Shown here: positions 54,780-64,000 of the stretch, in pieces
Layout of the letters: every line of letters begins with the position of its first letter
Position numbering within the stretch: position 1 is the stretch's first letter
Source: Octopus vulgaris
Taxonomy: Eukaryota
Assembly: GCA_951406725.2 (NCBI GenBank)
Contig: OX597815.1
Location: 67,022,001 to 67,086,000, forward strand
Direction of reading: 5' to 3'
DNA length: 64,000 nucleotides
The notes under the pieces: generated by a model
Seen by the model: the letters and a program-made list of their open reading frames with translations, nothing else
Databases searched by the model: none
What the model was told of the DNA's origin: nothing
Program-made: the position numbers and the translations under genes

Positions 54780-55230
54780 TTAGGCAAGCAATGTCTCTGT
54801 GTCTATAACCGTTGTTATTCTGAAACAAAATATCGGGGATTCCCAAAATGAAAACGTTGCGTATGGTGCTGAGGATCGAAGTGAATATACATCACAGATA
54901 TAAAGCTATTAACATCTCGGTAATAGCCATATTCCTGAATAGTTTTAACGTCATCAACTGGAGACTGGATGACATCAAGCGACTGGACACCATGACAAGA
55001 AAGATGCTGACCATTGAGAATATGCATCACTCGAAAGCAGATTCGACAGGCTTTACTTACCGAGAGTTTTAGGAGGACGAACCCTAGATAATCTTGAACT
55101 GATCTGGTTTTGATGCATACCTGACAAATATAGAGGACCCACATCTCCGTATTGTAGAATACTAGATTTACTCTATTAAGAATGAAGTAGCGCATGTGAA
55201 GAAAGTGTTTGATATCTTAGAAATCTCACT
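54780..55230 (+). mobile_element. Degenerate R4/Dong-like (RLE-group) non-LTR RT fragment
   Basis: KAINISVIA...INWRLDDIKRLDTMTRKMLTIENMHHSKAD, then a frameshifted LYxPRxxGGR. Confidence 0.65.
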
Positions 55231-55604
55231 GACAGGGAATGGAGCGACAACAATTTACGTCAAGCATTCACTGTTTCTTCTATGGGAGGCGACATACATG
55301 TGACTGGCTAAGAGCACACGTCATTAAGGAGGCTCTTAAAAGGCTGAAATGCATCCGGTGTTGTCTTCTCTGGTTGCTGCTGGGGGGTGAGTTGTTGTCT
55401 TCTGATACTGAATTTTGATACAACATGCCCATAAGAGATGTCAGCACAGGGCGAATACCACGCAGTAACTAGCCTACCAACATGTATATACATTAAGTAT
55501 GACACATAGATGACTACACACACATAGACACACGTGCGCGCACACATATGTACACGTGCACACATACATATATGTATATATGCTTATATATGTAGATGTA
55601 TGTA

Positions 55605-55674
<70 letters not shown>

Positions 55675-57862
55675 TGCATGTGTGCGTATGTGTACGTGCT
55701 TGTGCGCGCGTGCGTGCGTGCGTGTGTGCGTGTGTGTGTGTGATCATAACGTAAAGGAATAGGGATTTGGAATTCGGGCAGGTACCTTAGTAGCAATCTG
55801 AAATAATTCAGGTCTGGCTAATTACATCAAATGATAGGAAACAGAGAATTGTTTAAGTTTAACAATTAAACGGTACTTCACTCGATCGGTAAATCCCGAG
55901 TTCGCTCCGTTGGATTTCACGTAATGCTATAGACGAGGCACATACTACTTCTACCAATAGTAAGCACAGGGTTAATGTTAATAAGAATTATTGTAACTGT
56001 AAGAGCAAATTAGTATGTCCTCTTGAAGTAGAGAAGACCTAGTTTACAGATGCACAGTAACATGATGGTATTTCTAATTTTTACATAGGCTCATGTTATA
56101 CTGACATTAATTACGTAAATACCTTTCTTCTTTCAAAAATAGGGAAAAAGGAAATTGTACAATTTTCAGTGGGTTCATCTGGATGTTAAAGGACAGTGAC
56201 ACTAAATATGATATTAAAAATGGTTAATTATTAGAAGCGCTTCACCGTAAACTATTGAGAATTCAAAATGTGACCTCTGTTGGAAGACATGTGCCATATC
56301 CTTACCTATAATTGCTAGTTATTAAATCGCGGAAGCAAATTAATAGTAAAATGCGCGTATTCATTTAGAAAAGTATTTTACAAATAAAGGTTTTTAATTA
56401 GAAATCACGTTGGTAAAAGGCACATACATAAGTTAACCTAGTCAAATAATCGAAAAGTTAGATTTGAACAAATTTGAACTAATTCTCACAATTTTTTCTT
56501 TGTGAAATAAGAGAATATGGTTAGAATTTCAATTCACTTTATTCATCTCAATTGATAAAAAAGTTTTAATATTCCAAAAAGTATAAAACTTTATTGCTAT
56601 GGATTGGTCTGACCACACAAGTGAAACGATATATATTTCTTCTTTCGATTCCTTTTAAATCTGTTGATTTATTATGTGTGGTCAGCGGTATGAATGCATT
56701 CTGACAAAATTAAGGTTCTTACTACAACTAAGTGTATAAAATAATTTGTCCTCTTAATATTTAAAAAGGTCATTTTTAGTCTAAGAGATACTAGAACTAT
56801 AGTCACGTCATATTTCAATGCAAACTCTTCCTTGAGGTTTATGATCCTCCACTTAGAATATACTTTAAGAAGGACTGTCTAATACTTGAATCTTCAGTTC
56901 GCTTCACCCACCCACATGGATAAAAGCTCGTGCAAAGCTGCATAGAAAAGTCTGCTTTGGATGGATGAATATTTAATGGGACTGATTTCAATTTAAATCA
57001 ACTAAATACACATAACTGCTACATCAAAGGACTCTAGGACAAGTGTCGGACTGGAATTTGATGGGGATAATGCTTTAATAAATACATTTTAAGATGTTTA
57101 ATTCTCCATTCTTCCTTATGCGTGCGTGTATGTATGTATGTATGTATGTATGTATGTATGTATGTATGTATGTATGTATGTATGTATGTATGTATGCACG
57201 CATGCATGTATGTATGTGTGTGTATGTGTATGTATGTCTGAATATCTGTCTCTCTGTATGTATGTATGTAAGTATGTATGTACGTATGTATGTATGCCCA
57301 TGCATGCATGTATGTATGTATATAAATTGCAGGTATGCATATAAACGAATCGAAGTAGTTTACGCAGCAAAAAACGCTATAACACACATAAAACCAAAAA
57401 CCAATACATATATCTGTGTATATTTGCATGTGTGTGTAGGTGTGAGAAGGAGAGAGAGAGAGAAAGAAAGAAAGAAAGAAAGAGGGAGAGAGAGACAGTG
57501 AATACTGCTAAAATCTCATTGATGGCAAACGTCTGGTTTATTCGCCAGTTGCGTCATGCAGATCGAATATATTAATAACGATATGACCAATGGCATCATC
57601 TGAAATGAAATCTAACCTTATCTGTCAGGAAAATCTGAAGCCTTTCGGTCCATTCTACACAGACATGCTTGCAGACATTGATTAGTTTATTAAATTTCCA
57701 CTCGAGTAGTTTTAATTGTGACCATTTGACATAACGGCGTTCTCTACTAGTTTATAATGAACAGACGAGTTTGGAATGCCGCCAGTTTGTCCAATTTAAA
57801 CATCGTTAGTTTGTCCTGAATGTCATTAACGAGAGCTCTCAAAGAAACTGTATGAATATATT

Positions 57863-57936
<74 letters not shown>

Positions 57937-59384
57937 TGAGAGGTGTGTCTTACATAAAATAACTCGGTATATTCCGGAATTTTTTCCGCTTGAAGATTTG
58001 TGAAAATTGTAATACGCTGAAAAGTTAAATGGAAAGATGCCCAAAAATAATTACAAAGTAAGAAATAATGATTATGTTCATATATATATACACACACATA
58101 CATACACATATATGTATGTATGTGTGTATGTATGCATGCTTATGCACATATATATATATATATATATACACATATAAATGTTTACGTATATATGTACATA
58201 TACAGATATATACATAGTATGTATATATATCTATGAATATATATATATATATATGTATGAAAACACACACACACACACACATATATACAAACATATATTC
58301 TTATATCTTTTTATGTAAATATACGTGCATGTTTATATATGTGTGTATGTAATTGCACATACACACATACTCACACACACACGCAGACACACATTATATG
58401 GGTGAAAGATAAATTGATCGTGAACTGTTGACAAAGATTGATATGCTTAGAAGAATATTAAGTTACTTCTGATCAGCCATTTTTTTTGTAGAGAGAAGGG
58501 GGAGTGGTGTTGGTGAGGGTGACAACCCTTGATAAACAGGTTTACGAAGATAATTAGATGGAACAATACAATTAATGTCCATTTTGAATTATTACATGTT
58601 ACTAAGTGAACAGAACATATAACCAAATTAGGTGTTTTGGAAATATTACAGTTTTGGGACTGGGAGTGTGATTAGTTTTAAGGTTTCTTAGGTAACCTGA
58701 TAAAGGGGAGTATTTATAATAAGTGAGTTATTACGGTAGGTTAGATTGGGTAAATTTGAATACTCAGGCAAGTCTGAAGTTTATATATATTTTAATGGCT
58801 GGTTGCCTAATAGCCACCATAGTGGAATTGATTACCAAACGGATGGTCAGTTTTTAGTAAGATCTCTCGAATATGTGCGGTACTTAAGTGTAGGATATAT
58901 AGTTAGGTTGCAAAGTGTTCCTAGATGTTAAGGGAGAATCTACAAATTGGCCTTGGATCGGAACATAATGCAAAATGAGGAGTCACTATGGAAGGTTAGT
59001 GAAGTCTAGAAAATGCAGTTTTTTGGGGGTGGGGTGGGGTGTCATTGTGTTGTTAGCTTGTTTCATTGGGATCTATTCAATCTCTGTTTTGATATTAAGG
59101 AAATACAAAGTGGCGAGCTGGCAGGATCGTACGCCGGAAAATGCTTAGCGGCATTTCGTCCATCTTTACGTTCTGAGTTTAAATTCCTCCGGGGTTGACT
59201 TTACCTTTCATCCTTTCGGAATATATAAAATAAGTGCCAGTTAAGCATTAGGGTCGATGTAATCGACTGCACCCCATCCCGGACTTTCTGGCTTTGTGCC
59301 AAAATTTGAAGCCAATATTAATGAAATACGCTCGTAAGATGTTTTGGGGATCTCTGTTTGCCGCTCTTCTTCCGAAGCAGCGAC

Positions 59385-59579
59385 AGATGCACAGTGCTAA
59401 GTGGGCCACTTTTGTCGGGCAGAACTGGAGATGTGGGATGAACCAAACGCCTGCTGGTTTAGGTGCCCAACGCTTCGCCCATTCGAACTTAGGTGTCGGT
59501 CAATATAGACATTCTTGGGTGGAATCCGACTTCCGTGATTACTGTCCAGCTGTCTATATCGACCAACACCTTTTCGTGG
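59385..59579 (+). pseudogene. Diverged 28S rRNA fragment with an inverted segment
   Basis: AGTGGGCCACTTTTG...GCAGAACTGG...GGGATGAACCAAACG and AGGTGTCGGTCAATATAGACA match conserved eukaryotic LSU rRNA. 59521-59579 is the reverse complement of AAAAGGTGTTGGTCGATATAGACAGC...GGAAGTCGGATTCC. Confidence 0.8.
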
Positions 59580-60884
59580 AACTAATGGACATGGTGACAT
59601 GCTGTCGCCTTTCCCTGTCTTTTCTGTTGTTATTATAATAGTCTCTGTTCCTCTGTATGGCTGATCCTTTACCCCCATTACTGAGGCGTCTCCAACCGAC
59701 CCACTCGTCTTCCCACTTCTCATCGCTCTTTGACTCAGTCTAACCATTATGTTCAATCCTTATTGCCCTCATCATCCCTCTGGAATCTTCATCCTCATAT
59801 CATTCCTGCAGGTATTAATCTGCAACAGTTTAAACAGAATATTAACGGCATCAACATCACCAGTTTCGGTGGGTGAGCAAGGGTCGCGGGCACTGTTCCT
59901 CCCTCCAGACTCAACAAGTAAAAAGAAATTAAGGGCTTGGAAGCTTGTGTTAAGATGAGCTTCATGGAAAATGCCTTCAAAACTATGCTAATGCCAACCA
60001 TATTTTTGTTGGATGCGTTCTGTAAAGTGAGGAATCAGCTGTGGTAATTTAAACTGTGTTGAGAGAGTGATGATGAATGAAATAATTTATTTATGTTGTG
60101 AATTAATCATAAATCAACTACTGGGATGTTATTGTAAATGATACTCTATTGTAACTGAAAACGAGAAACTTGCTTAAGGACACGACTGTAGACATGTATC
60201 TATCGGTTACTGCGAAATGAGAGAGAAGACTTACATTGATATCATCTGAAATTAGGTAGATTATGATTTATATTTGTTGTTATAATTGTACTATTTTATC
60301 CTCCACCATTTGCATATTTTACTTGTTTTAGCCATAAGACTATGGCCATACTGGAGTACCATCTTGGCGAATTTTAGTCAAAGAAATCGATCTCAGTATT
60401 TATTTTAAAAGCCCGGCTCATTCTATGGATCTTATTTTGTGGAACCGCCAAGGTACAGGAACGCATTGGTCAGCCCAGGGTTATAATAGAAAAACTTTAC
60501 CCGAGGTGCTACGCAGTGCGATTGAACCCGAAACCCCATAGCCGCAAAGTGAGCTTTTTAACCACACAGCCATATCTGAACCTTGTTAACAGACACCAGC
60601 AGAATAGCAAGTAAGGTTAACTTGATGATTTATTACGACAATCCTAATTCAAGTTCTGTTCTAACTTGATGCTTGTATGTAGCAAATGTAGTAGCCACGT
60701 TTACAAGCGATAAGAATAAGAATCTAGATAGTCTTTTAAATCCTCATCGATATTAATAATCAGATGAGCACCAGCAATGAATTTCAATGTGTTTATCTGC
60801 TTTCTTAGTGGTCATATGATGAATGGTCGATTTAAGCCGGGAGGAAAATGTGATTTGATCTCTACACGAAATAATCAGATACAT

Positions 60885-60924
<40 letters not shown>

Positions 60925-61329
60925 GCGCGCGCGCACACACGCACACACTCACTTGCACACATACACGCACATAAATACGCATAGAAATACAGAGACTAAC
61001 ATAAACGCTCACAAATCCACATACTAACACATACACACACGCATCCACATAAATATACATATACTAACACATACACTCCCTAATCCACACATAACTACAT
61101 TAATACATATGACCATGTCATCGAAGTTGCTCCTTCTAGTGTGTATTTGATCAACGACGACACAACTCGACTGGAGATTTCCATATTTATGTAACTCACT
61201 GGTGATCACTTTCTAATCAGTGATTTGTTATTTATTTATAAAGTTTTCTCATCCTTCCATCCATCTTCTGCGCCTACTATTCATAGGAAGGTCGTTAGGA
61301 TAGAGTCATTTGGCACCTCCTTCATAAGG

Positions 61330-61690
61330 TCCTTTCATACGCAACCATTATTTGATTTTCGGGTTGGATTCCCAAACGTAATCAAAAGAGACTATGGATA
61401 GCATCCAACCATCTTGTCCTTGGTCCATTCCTAGGTCTCCCGCCAGTTGGCTTGGCTTGAAGAACCTGTCTTGCGATTCTTTCCTACGATATTCTAACCA
61501 CATGTCCATAGTAACGAAGCTGTGATCTCAATGCGGAGAAGTAGCGGCTCGACCTGGAGAAACACTCTGATCTCTGACCTGTGCCCCCTGCCGGGTAACG
61601 TTAATCCAGAGATCCTTTGGAGGAACCCCATTTCAGCTGCTTGTATTCGCGATCGTACTCTTTCGCTCATTACCAGACATTCATAGAATT
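61330..61690 (-). mobile_element. RTE-type LINE 3' fragment
   Basis: ECLVMSERVRSRIQAAEMGFLQRISG...EPLLLRIE...LRYYGHVVR...GRPRNGPRTRW. Confidence 0.75.
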
Positions 61691-62499
61691 TTCTCGCCAT
61701 TTAAATTAATTTTATTTAGCTGTAGGAGTAGAGGTGGTTCTTATGATGCGTGAAGTTCCTCTCAAACTAAACAAGTTAACTTATGTAGGCTAATGCTTGC
61801 AAAAAAAAAAAAAAATAATGCTGGAGTTTGGGGTGTGCGCGAAATTTAATCTGAATGATTGAGCAATGATTTTAGTTAGGTGCTTAGTGGAGATGAGGCA
61901 CATCGAGGATAACGAATGAGAATGGGATAAATACATTATGTGAACTTGAACAGAGGCTATATACAGCTTACTATCATAGTTCAGAAGTGCTTTGCTTAAC
62001 CGTCACTAGCAAGCGAATATGACCTAGTAGCTTGTTCCACGCTTTCACTAATTGTTTTAGGTGCCTGGATAGTCTTGAGCAGACATAGACAACCTCTCAA
62101 TGCTCCCACCGTCGATCAGCAGAATATCAAGGTAGTAACATCTGAAGTAAGGCAGGGCTGTACCAGAAGTTAACAGGTACTCATTTACAGCTGATTAGGC
62201 TGAAGCAACGTGAAATAAAGTGTCTTGTCCATGAATAAGATGTGGTGTTCAGGAATCGAACTCATGATCATGAGCACAACAACCTAACCATTAGGCTGAG
62301 ACGAAGAGAAGAAACAACGTGACTATGGTCTTAGGTTTGTAGCATGTTCCTAAGTTAATCTTTGTCAATTAGTTGGTTAGTCTTCGTTTGACTACTGCTG
62401 CTAAGTACATTTATATGTATAGCAGCAGTAGTCGTCATCGTGACCACCACCACCACCACCACCACCACCACATCATCATCACCATCGTCATCACCATCG

Positions 62500-62555
<56 letters not shown>

Positions 62556-64000
62556 TATGATATGTGACCAGTAAAAATGAGAATCACAAAAAAAGGTAAG
62601 CAACTGATCAAAGTTAAATAGATTTCTGACAGTAAGCCTAGTCGTTGGAATGTAGTCAGCTACATCGATGTTATATAGATGTGTGGTTGATAAGGAATAT
62701 AGCTCGAAACTATGAGACTTAGCATTTCTAATGGCTTATATTCACACGATAAAACATGCCGGTGGAAGACATGATATGATCGTACGCCTAAAATTTGTCG
62801 ATAAAGATAGATAAAGAGACACGCATTTTGTTTACGATTCAGTGGTGGTAGGCAATTTGAATATCTCTCCCTTGCCGACACCTTCTTTTTCTTATTTTTC
62901 CTTCTAATTTTTTCACCCTCATCACTTTTAACGATATTGGGTTCCATATGAGAAGAAAGCAAATAAATTCTTCCGTTAGATTTCAATATTCATATTTATG
63001 CGACCCTCTTTAGAAAACTGTTTCATGCCCAGATTCCAGTTTTGATTATTGATAATTTTTTTTTTTTTAGTTTTTCTGTCTTTAGGTATGAGAAGCTTTT
63101 TCTTTTCTTTTTCTTTTGCTATTTGTTTGTACTTTTGTTTGTAATTTTTTTTATCGTTTGGTTGTTTCAGTTAATGGATTGCAGCATTTTGAAGGGTTTT
63201 AGTCGACCAAATCACTGTCAGTACTTATGACTTTTTTAACGACTGGTACTTATTCACTTCAGTTTCTTTTGCCGTACTGCTAAATGATGTGGACGCAAAC
63301 AGACAAACATAGGTTGTCAAGCGTTATTCGTGGCTGACCAACACTGACACAAGAAAACACACAGACACATACATTCTACGGGTTTTCACACAGTTTCCAT
63401 CGGCAAATTCGTTCACAAGGCATTGGTCAGTCCGGGGTATAGTAGAAGACAATCGCCCAAGGTGCCATGCATTTTTTCCTTACAGTGTGGCTGAACATAG
63501 ATTTTTTTGTGTCTAACTATTGTTATATGAAAGCTCTGGATGGGAACTTATATTATCGTATATTATAAGTAAAATATTTTGTAATGTTTCCAGAGAAAAA
63601 GAAATTTCGATTTGCATAAGATTTCCACTGGTAACTAATTTAATTATTTACTAAACTATATACGAAGCAGACGAGATAAAGCACTAATGTTATGCAAATC
63701 AGAATCTCCAATCCGCTGTTACATTGCTATATTAGTTGTGATTATAATAATTGGTTACGTATTTCTCCGTAGACAGAATGAGGTGTGCACGGTCTCGGAA
63801 GGGAAAAAAAAGGAAAAAATTAAGTCAATGTTAAGACTAGTTCTTCCCACGCATAAATAAAAGTATATATATGTATATGTATATATATGTATATAGTGAA
63901 CAAGCTTATGAGTGTCGAGTGTGTCGGTGCTGTACAGAAAAAAATCAAGAAATTCTCGAACTCAAGAAGGCTATGAAGACAGCTTAGAAAATCGAAAGCC

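Overview
Eukaryotic, AT-rich genomic DNA full of repeats and microsatellites. The SINE set and the (TA)n/(CA)n/(TATG)n/(TCTA)n load look like a coleoid cephalopod, probably Octopus; this is an inference. One host gene is supported: a minus-strand, spliced, PLP-dependent serine/threonine dehydratase-family gene. It has 7 phase-compatible coding exons from 14377 down to 1737 (254 aa visible), and its 3' part runs off the window. About 0.85 kb upstream lies a young, 5'-truncated CR1/L2-group LINE (about 15234-18106) with an 866-aa open RT frame. Its 3' stem-loop and (GTAAAAGA)n tail are shared by the dominant tRNA-derived SINE family. The rest is intergenic, with SINEs, RTE and R4-like LINE remnants, Tc1/mariner and hAT remnants, MITEs and a rearranged 28S rRNA fragment. 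The most striking signal is a set of short non-coding elements in or next to microsatellites that carry hammerhead ribozyme motifs: about 8 clear motifs plus weaker ones, from several unrelated families. The best is a retrozyme-like element at 32312-32807, with a 352-nt unit, 144-bp terminal direct repeats, a canonical hammerhead and a viroid-like paired fold. Nearly all short ORFs in the supplied track are microsatellite or SINE translations.
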